Part shown: piece by piece, positions 1 through 11,215 of the stretch
How positions within the stretch are numbered: the first letter of the stretch is position 1
Layout: every line of letters starts with the position of its first letter
NCBI GenBank assembly: GCA_963787255.1
Contig: CAWBCJ010000010.1
Coordinates: 128,001 to 192,000, forward strand
DNA length: 64,000 nt
DNA from: Methanobacteriota archaeon
GTDB taxonomy: Archaea; Methanobacteriota; Methanobacteria; Methanobacteriales; Methanobacteriaceae
Reading direction: 5' to 3'
Position numbers and translations under genes: made by a program
The notes under the pieces: model-generated
What the model saw: the letters and a program-made list of their open reading frames with translations, nothing else
What the model was told of the DNA's origin: nothing
Databases searched by the model: none

Positions 1-669
1 CCAACAATTGCTATACGGGTTTCGTTAGGCACAAGTCTTGCAGTTATACTTCCAACAGCCATAAGCGGTGCACTTGGCCATTATCGTAAAAACGCTGTTT
101 TAATTAGGCCAACAGTATATATTGCATCCACTGGAATAATTGGAAGTGTCTTTGGAGGAATTATAGCTACTAATATTCCTGGAGATGTCCTTAAGGTTAT
201 TTTTGGTTTTGCAGTTATATTAGTAGCTTTAATAATGCTTCTAGTCAAATATCCAGAAATTCATGAAAAACCATTGGATAATATAGCTTATTTTCTTATT
301 GGTGGTTTAATCGTTGGATTGATGTCAGGACTTTTAGGAGTGGGTGGCGGTTTTATAATAGTTCCTTTTATGATTATTTTAATGAGATACGATATTCATA
401 AAGCCATTGGGACTTCAACAGCAGTTATTATTTTTACATCAATTGGAGGAATAATATCTTACATTATTGCTGGGTGGAACATTCAAGGCTTGCCCACATA
501 TTCTATAGGCTATATTAATATTCTTCAATGGATTGTTTTGGCAGGTTTAAGTATTCCAATGGCCCAATTAGGAGTTAAAACAGCTCACAAACTTCCGGGG
601 CAGAAATTAAAATACATATTTGTGGCATTGATGATTTATATAGGTTTGAAGATGATTGGAATTCTGTAA
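1..669 (+). CDS. Sulfite exporter TauE/SafE family membrane protein (5' partial)
   Basis: Frame open from base 1 (PTIAIRVSLGTSLAVILPTA...); GLLGVGGGFIIVP and AIGTS motifs typical of TauE. Confidence 0.85.
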   Translation, partial: PTIAIRVSLGTSLAVILPTAISGALGHYRKNAVLIRPTVYIASTGIIGSVFGGIIATNIPGDVLKVIFGFAVILVALIMLLVKYPEIHEKPLDNIAYFLIGGLIVGLMSGLLGVGGGFIIVPFMIILMRYDIHKAIGTSTAVIIFTSIGGIISYIIAGWNIQGLPTYSIGYINILQWIVLAGLSIPMAQLGVKTAHKLPGQKLKYIFVALMIYIGLKMIGIL

Positions 670-1107
670 AATAAATTAAATAATGATTTTTTTTCCATCT
701 TATCAAAATTAAAATATTTAAATTAATTTTTAATATGACAAAGAAATTTTCATTTATTTTCCTCCTTGTGTGATAATAATTAGTAATTAATTAATAAAAA
801 AAATTAAAATCTTTAAAAATTCAAATAACCTGTTTTAACTCAAATAGATCATCTTGTTGCGTTTTTAAAGTATTATGATATTAATTATGATATGATAAAA
901 GCAATGAATATTCCTTTTTTGCCTAAATAATATTCAAGTTAAATTGATATGCTAATAATAGTTATGGAGAAGGCTTATCCAAAATATCATTTTTTTATAA
1001 CCTCTTTGGAGGTCTTAAATTACAAAAAGATTAAATTAAGCGCCTTTTTTTTGATTTTAAAACAAAAGTTTTATATGTTTTAGATGTTAATCACTGCTTA
1101 CATAAAT

Positions 1108-1128
1108 AAAAACTCTAATTGAGTTTTT
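1108..1128. promoter_or_regulatory. Inverted repeat AAAAACTC-TAATT-GAGTTTTT in the leader of the pseudomurein-binding gene
   Basis: Perfect 8-bp arms between a TTTTATAT TATA-like box (~1069-1076) and the SD at 1144. Confidence 0.4.
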
Positions 1129-1155
1129 TAAGTATTGAGAAACGGAGGCGGTATA

Positions 1156-2529
<1,374 letters not shown>

Positions 2530-2548
2530 AGAATTGAAGTAAAAGGAA

Positions 2549-2610
2549 TTCTAGGTAACTTAAAAATTATCATTTAACCTAGAAAATCTTTTTCATTTAT
2601 TTTTTTTAAT
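2549..2610 (+). terminator. Hairpin plus T-tracts after the PMB gene
   Basis: TTCTAGGT...ACCTAGAA inverted repeat followed by T runs. Confidence 0.45.
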
Positions 2611-2781
2611 TTAAATTAATTTTTAGAAAGTAGTAAATGTTTCAATTTGATAAATTTACAATCAAATTCTTTTTAAAATATCATATAATAATTATTTTTT
2701 TTTGGATGATGATATTGAGTTATATGAAATTTTTGAAAGATATATAAAGATATATAAAGTAATAATTTTATATATAGAAGT

Positions 2782-3036
2782 ATGAATAAAGAAGAATCTG
2801 AGTTATGGATTGAAATAATGGAATTTTTATTGAAAGTACAAAGGCATCCAAAATTCCAGCCAGAAACAGTTAAAGATGTTCAAAAGTCTTTAGAGTGTAT
2901 TCCCGCAATGAAAAATGTCATTCGCTCAATTGAAGATAATGATAAGTATATTGAAATGATTATAATGGCTGACGAAAATGAAGAATTTCTTTACTCTACA
3001 TTAAACGAACTTCAAAAGGGAAATAAAATAATATAA
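2782..3036 (+). CDS. Hypothetical protein (84 aa)
   Basis: ORF with protein-like composition, TATA-like boxes directly upstream. Confidence 0.55.
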   Translation: MNKEESELWIEIMEFLLKVQRHPKFQPETVKDVQKSLECIPAMKNVIRSIEDNDKYIEMIIMADENEEFLYSTLNELQKGNKII

Positions 3037-3332
3037 CTAAAATACAAAAAAAAGGAATATTACTAAAACTTTTTAGGAACAATTTATTAAAAAAGCTTTT
3101 TTCAATTGTAAATAAGATCCAAAAAAATGTATTTAGTCTTAATTTCTATTCCTAAAACTCTTTTAATGCGATCTTATTCCTTTGGAGCATTTTTTAATTT
3201 TAGTTATGCGTCTGTGCGGTGAAGATGTTTTACGGCAGATAGTCTTTTTTATTTTACTTCTTCTTTTAAAAACCATAAAATCACTTTTAATTCTAAATTC
3301 TTATATTATTTATTCAAATTCCCACTAAAAAG

Positions 3333-3740
3333 TTAGAAATTTCTGCTTATTGATACAGATCCAAATGGATTGCTGTTTGTTTGGCTTGCTATAACGCTTG
3401 TACCGTTTAATATTTCAACCCGCAGCTGTAAATTATCATTTCCTAATTTTTGGAAATTTGCAGTTATTGAAGTTTGATTCTTGCCTAAATTATACCGTCC
3501 ATTTCCAGTTCCCTGCACAGTTCTATTTCCCGAATTATCCGAGATTGTACCATTCCATGTTCCTTGATAACTTACGACTACAACAATATCTGAATTAAAT
3601 GAACTATTATTTTGCGTTGAGGGATTATTTTGTGCCGAACTGTTATTCCCTGCTGAATTACTGTTATTTGCACATCCTGAGGCAAAAATAACCAATATTA
3701 AAAGTAACATCAATGCTAAATATTTATTGAATGCCTGCAA
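3333..3740 (-). CDS. Putative lipoprotein
   Basis: Lipobox FASGC after hydrophobic signal, N/S-rich linker, beta-rich domain; SD GGAGAGTGA. Confidence 0.8.
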   Translation of the reverse strand: MQAFNKYLALMLLLILVIFASGCANNSNSAGNNSSAQNNPSTQNNSSFNSDIVVVVSYQGTWNGTISDNSGNRTVQGTGNGRYNLGKNQTSITANFQKLGNDNLQLRVEILNGTSVIASQTNSNPFGSVSISRNF

Positions 3741-3828
3741 TTAATCACTCTCCTTGAATATATTTGTAAATTAATTTATTAATATTTTTTTATTTTTTAT
3801 TAAAAGAGAGTGTTTTATAAAAGCACTA

Positions 3829-6441
3829 TTATTTTCCAGCCGTTCCTCTGAGGAAATTTCCCGTAGTAATCCCCCCAATAGATATCTTCTTAACCTTTTC
3901 TTTCATCTTTTTAAGGTTATTTCTATCATTCCCCTCACTTAAATCCATTTCAATTACATCTTTATAAACAGAACAAATTATTTCTGCATACTTTCCAGTA
4001 CGCCCCTCTAAATCTATTAAAACAGTATCAATACCCATTTTTATAATTTGAGGCATGTAATCAATAAGAGATAACTCTACGGAGTTTAAAACGTGGGTCC
4101 TGCATTCATTATCCAATCTTAACGGAAAAATACGGCCTTTAACGTCTTTAATACCTAAAAATATCTTATCAGACATTTCTCTTTTAAGGAATTCGTCCTC
4201 AATCAGGCAGGGTAGACAATCCTTTGAAATTAATGATTCCAGATTTCCCTGAACAATTATTTCTAGTGCAACATTAATTTCCCTTTGATATAATTTAGAT
4301 ATAAGATTTCGAATTTCATCCTCTGAAAGCTCTGGAGATATAGTAAAACTTTTAAAATAACCTTGAAGCGCATTCATTGATTCAGCATTCCAAATATTAA
4401 GACCTGAAGATGCAAATAAGTTGACTTTTGGATTTAAATCAAAAATAAACTTTGCAGCACCAATCCCATCAACCATGATTCCATTAACACCTGCTTCAAA
4501 AGCATGCTTTAAAATAGGTTTTAAATTATCTAAAAAATAACTTGAAGTGATCTTAGGCAATTTTAAGACAAATTCAACCCCATTTTCGTTACAGACGGAT
4601 AATGCTTCATTAATTAATCTTAAAAATTCATCAACTCTAAATTCAGTTTTGGAATTACATTTAACCGGGTTATAAAAGTTAAAAGGATTAAAATAAATTT
4701 TATTGCATCCACCTTCAGCAGTTGATTTTAAAACTTCTAAATCATCCACATATGCACATAAATCCGGATTTTTATTTAATTCAAGGTTATTAAAATAAGA
4801 TTCTTTATATAATGCATTCAATTGTCCATAAGATGTTTCTATTTTATCTTCAGATGGTCTATAGGATGAAATGATTTTTTCTTCTATTTTTTCAAACATT
4901 TCTCTTCGAATCCTATTTAATTCTCCGATAGGTGCAAAAAGATCACCAGGATAGTTTATATTCATATTTTTAACTTTAAAAGGAGTATTACCCGTCTTTT
5001 TAAATTGTTTAGCAATGGTTTTTTCATCAAGCGGTCTCTTAATTGCCCGCTCCATTTTAAAATCAGCAACCATTTCTAATTTTAAGGAACCATATGCACC
5101 AATAAAACTGCTTTTAAGAAATATAATGCCGTCACTTTTAATTAATATGTCCAAATCAACAGGAATTTGATTTTTTAACTTACTTTCGGATCCGCTAATA
5201 ATTTTTTGAGCTGTATCAACCAGTACTTTACGCTTAGTTAGGTAAAGAGATGTTCCGGTGTTTAAATGCCTTTGAACTTTAAATTTAACCTTATCTTTTT
5301 TGATTTTTGGTGATTCATTTATTAATGTCCCATAATCTTTCTGATCCTTATTTTTTGATATGAAAACAATCCCATCGCCTTTTTGGGGGAAAATATCTCC
5401 TTCAATTTTCACTAACGCTTCTTTTGTATTCTTATCATATCTTCTGAGGGAACCAAGATAAATTCCTCGGTTTCCAGGACGATTTCGCCCCATGACGTTA
5501 CTACAATTATCTTCTAAAATGTATCCACTTGTAAAATCCCGATTAAAAGCTAATTTAAGGTTATTTATGTCATCTTTTTTTGGTTTCCACGTTCCTCTTG
5601 AAATAGAATCTAGAGCTTTTCTGTATATGCTCACCACAATCGCCACATACTCTGGAGACCTCATACGACCTTCAATTTTAAGAGAAGCTATATTTAATCC
5701 TATAATTTTATCCAGGTGTTCATAAAGAGCTAGATCTCGTGTTGATAACAAATATTTGTCTTTAAGGGGAACAGCGGATAATTTAAAAGGCCTTCCGTAT
5801 TCATCTTTATCTCCTAAAACAAGGTCATATTGTCGTCTGCACGGTTGAGCACACATTCCTCTATTTCCACTTCTACCTCCAATAACTGAAGATATAATGC
5901 ATTGTCCGGAATAGGAGTAGCAAAGTGCCCCATGGGCAAATATTTCCAGCTCAATTTCTTTAGATTTAATATTTGTACTGATTCTTTCAATTTCTGATAA
6001 TTCCATCTCCCTTGAAAGCACAACACGTTTGAATCCCATTTTTGATACCCATTTAACTCCTTCCAAGTTGTGAATTGTCATCTGGGTGGAGGCGTGAATT
6101 TTCAAATCAGGGACTAGTTTTCTTGCCAGTGAAGCAACACCAATGTCTTGAACTAGAATAGCATCTACTCCTATTTCATAGAGAAATATTAGGTATTTTG
6201 CAATTTCTTTAAGTTCCTTGTCTTTGATGAGGGTATTCACGGTAACATAGACATTTATTCCTCTTAAATGAGCAAAGTTGACCGCTTCCTTTAGCTCTTT
6301 ATCATCGAAGTTAGTGGCATAATGTCTTGCTCCAAATTGTTTTCCCGCGAGGTAAACGGCATCTGCACCAGAATTAACAGCGGCTTTAAGAGCATCCATA
6401 CTCCCTGCAGGTGCTAATAGTTCAGGTATTTGTTTTTCCAT
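3829..6441 (-). CDS. U32 peptidase family protein (RlhA/TrhP-like Fe-S RNA hydroxylation protein, long DUF3656-type form)
   Basis: PELLAPAG, HASTQ, HGALCYSYSGQC...NRGMCAQPCR and SLKIEGR motifs. Confidence 0.9.
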   Translation of the reverse strand: MEKQIPELLAPAGSMDALKAAVNSGADAVYLAGKQFGARHYATNFDDKELKEAVNFAHLRGINVYVTVNTLIKDKELKEIAKYLIFLYEIGVDAILVQDIGVASLARKLVPDLKIHASTQMTIHNLEGVKWVSKMGFKRVVLSREMELSEIERISTNIKSKEIELEIFAHGALCYSYSGQCIISSVIGGRSGNRGMCAQPCRRQYDLVLGDKDEYGRPFKLSAVPLKDKYLLSTRDLALYEHLDKIIGLNIASLKIEGRMRSPEYVAIVVSIYRKALDSISRGTWKPKKDDINNLKLAFNRDFTSGYILEDNCSNVMGRNRPGNRGIYLGSLRRYDKNTKEALVKIEGDIFPQKGDGIVFISKNKDQKDYGTLINESPKIKKDKVKFKVQRHLNTGTSLYLTKRKVLVDTAQKIISGSESKLKNQIPVDLDILIKSDGIIFLKSSFIGAYGSLKLEMVADFKMERAIKRPLDEKTIAKQFKKTGNTPFKVKNMNINYPGDLFAPIGELNRIRREMFEKIEEKIISSYRPSEDKIETSYGQLNALYKESYFNNLELNKNPDLCAYVDDLEVLKSTAEGGCNKIYFNPFNFYNPVKCNSKTEFRVDEFLRLINEALSVCNENGVEFVLKLPKITSSYFLDNLKPILKHAFEAGVNGIMVDGIGAAKFIFDLNPKVNLFASSGLNIWNAESMNALQGYFKSFTISPELSEDEIRNLISKLYQREINVALEIIVQGNLESLISKDCLPCLIEDEFLKREMSDKIFLGIKDVKGRIFPLRLDNECRTHVLNSVELSLIDYMPQIIKMGIDTVLIDLEGRTGKYAEIICSVYKDVIEMDLSEGNDRNNLKKMKEKVKKISIGGITTGNFLRGTAGK

Positions 6442-6671
6442 TATTTTTCTCCAATCCTGCGTGAAATAATTAAATTCACTTGATAAAATGATTTAAGAAT
6501 AAATCTATGAGATATTAATTTAATTTTGTTTTTAAGATAATTATATTTTTAATGGAGTAAATAGAAGATTATAATTAACGGATATTTTCACTATTAATTA
6601 AAAATTCCAGTTGTGATAAGTAAATAATTAATTATATAATTCCATTTTTAGATGATCATAAGGGGATAAAT

Positions 6672-7286
6672 ATGTACATTTGTTTAGAAGGTATTGACGG
6701 CTCAGGAAAATCAACGCAGATATTGATACTTCAAAAATGGCTTGAAGAATATGGATGTGAGGTTAAAAGGGTTTTTGAACCTACTAACTCGCCTGTTGGG
6801 AAATTGATTAGAAAAATGCTAAAAGATCCGAAGGCTACTAGTGAAAATTTCCAGAAGACGCTTGCTTTGTTGTTTGCAGCTGACCGCATGATATTAATGA
6901 ATGAAATAGAATCTGCAGAAGAAGAAGGGAAGGTTGTAATAAGTGACAGATGTTTTTATTCAAGTATTGTGTACCAAAATGAAACTGAATGGCTTTATGA
7001 AATAAATAGATATGTTAAACGACCGGATATGGTTATATTACTTGATATTGATCCAGAACTTTCCCTTAAACGATGTGATGGTAAAGATAGTTTTGAAAAT
7101 ATAGATTTCCTTAAAAAAACTAGAAAAAAATATAATGAACTTGGAAATCCAGATAAAAATCGAGAAGAATATCTTAAAGTTGCAGATGAAAGCGATTTCT
7201 TTGTTATAAATGCAAATAACGGGGTTAATAAGGTTCATGAGGATATAAAGAGGGTCATATCTCCCAAAATCGGTAGATGCATTTAA
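6672..7286 (+). CDS. tmk: Thymidylate (dTMP) kinase
   Basis: P-loop EGIDGSGKST, FEP, LLFAADR and SDR motifs. Confidence 0.92.
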   Translation: MYICLEGIDGSGKSTQILILQKWLEEYGCEVKRVFEPTNSPVGKLIRKMLKDPKATSENFQKTLALLFAADRMILMNEIESAEEEGKVVISDRCFYSSIVYQNETEWLYEINRYVKRPDMVILLDIDPELSLKRCDGKDSFENIDFLKKTRKKYNELGNPDKNREEYLKVADESDFFVINANNGVNKVHEDIKRVISPKIGRCI

Positions 7287-7512
7287 ATGTATTTAATATA
7301 ACTTGCTAAAAGCTTTATAATTTGTTTTTTTCATTAAATTAAGATAATTTGATGTTATTTTTAAAATGGAGGAGCAATGTCTTATTAATGCGATTTAATT
7401 TTAGCTAAATAGTTACACAAAAATTAAGTATAATTTAAGTCATAATATTCTTTATACAAAACCTAGATTGATAAAATTCTGAGTTTATCCATGATTTTAC
7501 GGAGAGCAGAGT

Positions 7513-7947
7513 ATGGTAAATAAAGACGAACTTACGGAAATGATAATTAATACTGATTTAGAAAAGGTTCCAGGCCCTAAAGATGTTTGGGAAAAGTATA
7601 TTGATCTCGATGATGGAAAAGTTTTAATTGTTGGCTATCATGAAGAGGGAAAAGTATGTGAAGGATTTAATGAGACAAGCGACGCATATGATGAAAAGAA
7701 ATGTGCAATTTCATATCAATGGTACTGGGAAATTAGAGATTCTGAAACATGGGAAGTATCATATGAAAATCGGGATACTGATCTTGGATTTTGCTCTGAA
7801 GAATTAAATAAACCATGGAGTGATGAAAGCACATTCGAGGATGTTGGAGATGTTCCCGGGACAGAACTCTGCACATGGAGCGATCAAAACAATATAGAAG
7901 ATATTGTAGAAGATATACTAGATGATATTCCCGATGTACTGGAATAA
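7513..7947 (+). CDS. Hypothetical acidic protein
   Basis: 144-aa ORF with SD GGAGAG; very D/E-rich, with several Trp and Cys. Confidence 0.7.
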   Translation: MVNKDELTEMIINTDLEKVPGPKDVWEKYIDLDDGKVLIVGYHEEGKVCEGFNETSDAYDEKKCAISYQWYWEIRDSETWEVSYENRDTDLGFCSEELNKPWSDESTFEDVGDVPGTELCTWSDQNNIEDIVEDILDDIPDVLE

Positions 7948-8020
7948 TAAAAGAAGTAATATTAGGGTTAGAATATAATTAATTTTTAAAGCCTTAAAAA
8001 TATTAATAACTGAAAAAGAG

Positions 8021-8218
8021 TTATTTTTTATCTTCTAACTCTTTTATCCTTTCATTTAAAGCTCTAATAATTATATCCTGTGCATCTTCAAGCTGTTCCT
8101 TTTCACCTTGTATTACTGGCCCATAATCGGTTTGTTTAACGTCTATGTCATGTTTTTCCATTATTTCAGCAAGTATTTGTCCGGGAACTCCAGGAGGTAT
8201 CTTCATTTCATATTTCAT
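8021..8218 (-). CDS. Small hypothetical protein co-oriented downstream of tyrS
   Basis: SD GGGTGA, good codon usage. Confidence 0.75.
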   Translation of the reverse strand: MKYEMKIPPGVPGQILAEIMEKHDIDVKQTDYGPVIQGEKEQLEDAQDIIIRALNERIKELEDKK

Positions 8219-8285
8219 TTAATCACCCTAATTATTTTCAATGATAATACTAATTTAAGTTTTATACTAATCCTTTAACTACTCT

Positions 8286-9245
8286 TCATATTTCCAGATA
8301 TTTTCTTACTGGTTCTAAAATTTTAATTATATCATTGGTTACAGCATTTTTAAGGTCTAATGGATGTAAATTTCCCTGTTTATATGCTTCTAAAAGTTCA
8401 TCATAAGTTAATTCAAGATTTCCTCCAAATTTAGGAGGTCTTTCTATTAACATTGTATCTTGCTTATCATATATGAAGTGTTTTGCTATTTCTATAATTG
8501 GATTTCCTTCAACCTCTCCAGCAGGACAGAAACTGTTCTTTATTTTCTTTTTAATAGATTCAGGAGAGTCATCAATGGCTATGAAATTTTCTTTACTTGA
8601 AGACATCTTTTCACTACCATCAGTTCCATGAAGAAGAGGTGTATGGATTATAACTGGTGCAGAAGACCCAATTTTCGATAGATTCTCCCGTGCAAGCATG
8701 TGGATTTTTCTTTGCTCCATCCCACCAACAGCAACGTCCGTATCTAAAAATAACATATCAATAACTTGCATGATTGGATATATGACTTCTGCAACTTTAT
8801 GATTCTCTTTATCTCTTGTTATTTGGGCCATACTTCTTCGTGCACGTGTAAGTGTTGTGGAAAGTGCAAGTTCATATACTTTAAGAGTATAATCCGGGGC
8901 AGTCTGGAAAGAGGACCCTAGAATAAATTCAGTTTCTTCACTTAGCCCAAAAGCAAGGAAACATTTTTGCATGTATTCTGAGATTTCTTTAATCTCTTCA
9001 AGCGTTCCTTTTTCATTTAAATAAGCATGAAGATCTGCAAGAAGGATTTTAATCTTAAAACCTGCTTTTTGGAGGTCTATCATTTTTTTTACGGTGATAG
9101 CATGTCCAAGATGAACTTTACCTGAAGGTTCATAACCGATATAAGCTACAGGAGAGTCTTTTTGAAGTTTTTCTTTAAGTTCATCGTGGGATATTATTTC
9201 AAGCGTTCCGCTTTCTATCATGTCTATTTTAGTATCAATGTCCAT
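8286..9245 (-). CDS. tyrS: Tyrosine--tRNA ligase
   Basis: [23 protein letters not shown] and KMSSS motifs. Confidence 0.97.
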   Translation of the reverse strand: MDIDTKIDMIESGTLEIISHDELKEKLQKDSPVAYIGYEPSGKVHLGHAITVKKMIDLQKAGFKIKILLADLHAYLNEKGTLEEIKEISEYMQKCFLAFGLSEETEFILGSSFQTAPDYTLKVYELALSTTLTRARRSMAQITRDKENHKVAEVIYPIMQVIDMLFLDTDVAVGGMEQRKIHMLARENLSKIGSSAPVIIHTPLLHGTDGSEKMSSSKENFIAIDDSPESIKKKIKNSFCPAGEVEGNPIIEIAKHFIYDKQDTMLIERPPKFGGNLELTYDELLEAYKQGNLHPLDLKNAVTNDIIKILEPVRKYLEI

Positions 9246-9349
9246 TATATCACCGTAAATAATTTAATAATTTGTTATCTCGTGTAATTTGAAGAATCAG
9301 ATAATAATTTTTAATTTAAATTAATTCTAAAGTTACATTTTTGTACAAT

Positions 9350-10408
9350 TTAAATATTTTGAAAATTCCCTAAAATGTAAACTTCATTTCCTATTACAAT
9401 TACTGGGATCTGGGATCCAATTTGGATATCTGCATTTTCTGCATTGATTTCAATATCTATAGGTTCGTAGGAATCTGGATGAAGAATCTGTATAGAATTG
9501 GGAGTTTTTGCAGTTACAGTAGTTTCTTTAACGTCTTCTTTTTTTGCAACAGTTTCTATTTTATTGTAATCTCTCCACTGGACTGAATTTTGACTTAAAG
9601 AAATCAGGTCTTTAAACAGCACTTTTTTACCATCTATCCCTATTACTTGGCCTACGGAGTTTTCGTACTTAATAAAGTCATTAACTCTAAAATATGGTAT
9701 TCTAAGTGAAATCCAGATTCTGTGGAGGTCTTTCCCTGCTGATTTATCTCTTCCCATCAGCCGGGGAGATTCTTTCATAACACCGCCAAAATGATCCTTT
9801 AATACGCTTACTAACCGCTTTGCAACTTTATAAGAACCAACATAGTAATCTATCCCTTCTTTAAGCACCGCACGCTCTGATATGTAGGCCATTTTATTTT
9901 TTCTGGAAATTTTATCGATATTATCTGCAATTATAGCATCAATTGAGGCGATTTCTTCTTCACCAGGAATTCTATTGTCCGCTCTTAATTGGATAACAGC
10001 TTCATAATAACCTGATGTGAATTTACTGCACTCTGGACAAACTGTTCTTATAATTTTAACATTAATTTTGTAGTCCTGCTGAACAATTTCACCTAAAACA
10101 TCAGCTTTAATGTGTACAATGCATTCAATATTTGATCCACGTGCTAACAGTGTTTCCACATAAATTTCAACGTTTTTGGCATTTTCATTCAAAGTTATAT
10201 GTTTATTTATGGTATTTAAAATTATTTCTTCATCAGATAGTTCTAACTCGTACCATTTACCGCTAACTAGTCGCGATTCACAATGAGCACATATGGTAAT
10301 TTCTATTTCGTTTGGAATTTCCGCTAAAATCAATTCTTCTAAAAAACAGGACTTGCAGATGCTGCCTATAATTTCTTCGTCAGTTTCTCCGCATTTTGGA
10401 CAAAACAT
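9350..10408 (-). CDS. nmd3: NMD3 family ribosome biogenesis protein
   Basis: Four CxxC pairs, GYYEAVIQLR motif, adjacent to aIF2beta. Confidence 0.92.
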   Translation of the reverse strand: MFCPKCGETDEEIIGSICKSCFLEELILAEIPNEIEITICAHCESRLVSGKWYELELSDEEIILNTINKHITLNENAKNVEIYVETLLARGSNIECIVHIKADVLGEIVQQDYKINVKIIRTVCPECSKFTSGYYEAVIQLRADNRIPGEEEIASIDAIIADNIDKISRKNKMAYISERAVLKEGIDYYVGSYKVAKRLVSVLKDHFGGVMKESPRLMGRDKSAGKDLHRIWISLRIPYFRVNDFIKYENSVGQVIGIDGKKVLFKDLISLSQNSVQWRDYNKIETVAKKEDVKETTVTAKTPNSIQILHPDSYEPIDIEINAENADIQIGSQIPVIVIGNEVYILGNFQNI

Positions 10409-10461
10409 AATGATCATTCAATCAATTTTAATGAAAATAAAGGATAAATGGAATCTTCCAT

Positions 10462-10869
10462 TTATAATGCCTTAAGTGGGGCTTTTGCACCACAAGCTTC
10501 GCATTTTAGTAAAAATATACGATCTTCTCTAACTATTCTTGTATCTGGTCTGTTACACTCGTGACACATGATGAATCTCTTCACGTAATCATCTATTCTG
10601 TCATTTATGAGATAATGAGTAAATTTACCTTGCATAATGGCTCTGCTTCCCTCTAGATTTCCTGCAGTACCCATTTCTCTTAGTAAAAACTTGAGAAGAT
10701 GTTGGGGGTCCCTGTTTAATGCTTCGGCAATTTCCTTGAAATTTTGTATAATAGTCCTGTTTCCCTGAATTACAGAATAAGCACGGGGCACATTAAATCT
10801 CTTAGTTTCAAAAACCTTTTTGGGTAATTGATCTATGGCTCTATCTAATAATTTATCGTAATCGCTCAT
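10462..10869 (-). CDS. eif2b: Translation initiation factor aIF-2 beta subunit
   Basis: [24 protein letters not shown] and CEACGA zinc ribbon. Confidence 0.96.
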   Translation of the reverse strand: MSDYDKLLDRAIDQLPKKVFETKRFNVPRAYSVIQGNRTIIQNFKEIAEALNRDPQHLLKFLLREMGTAGNLEGSRAIMQGKFTHYLINDRIDDYVKRFIMCHECNRPDTRIVREDRIFLLKCEACGAKAPLKAL

Positions 10870-10984
10870 TTTTTTTAACCTCCCTTAAAAAAATTAAGAA
10901 TTATATTATTATACTTAAAATTAATATTTTTAATTTAAAGGCATATAAATTATGCTTTTCATGACTTAAAAAAGTAGTGATTTA

Positions 10985-11190
10985 TAAACCCCTTCAAACA
11001 CAAAGCATGCATAATCTTCGATCTGCTGCCACGAAACTTTGCTTCGTATCGCATGAAAAAAAACTTAGTTTTTGCTGCCTGCAATAATTCCCTCAAAAAT
11101 ACTACGATTTTGGAGCAAATAAAAAAAAACTTTGTTTTTCGTAAGCTATGAATTTATGGGGTTGAGGAAACGAAGTTTCCCCTAGTTTTG
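10985..11190. repeat. REP/MITE-like intergenic element made of about six short hairpins
   Basis: ATC-TTC-GAT, ACGAAAC-TTT-GCTTCGT, AAAAAC-TTA-GTTTTT, CTCAAAAAT..ATTTTGGAG, AAAAAC-TTT-GTTTTT, GGAAAC-GAA-GTTTCC; outer AACCCC/GGGGTT. Confidence 0.65.
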
Positions 11191-11215
11191 GGAGATTTTT
11201 GAGATGTAATATCAA

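Noticed and set aside
3120-3290. GC-richer patch with weak hairpin (TCTGT...GCAGA) and broken minus-strand frames
   Set aside because: No recognisable protein motif or RNA family; may be a gene remnant but cannot be supported
11155-11180. GGGTTGAGGAAAC resembles the conserved start of RNase P RNA P4
   Set aside because: It continues as the hairpin GGAAAC-GAA-GTTTCC, not GAGGAAAGTCC/CTCC; no other RNase P elements are present
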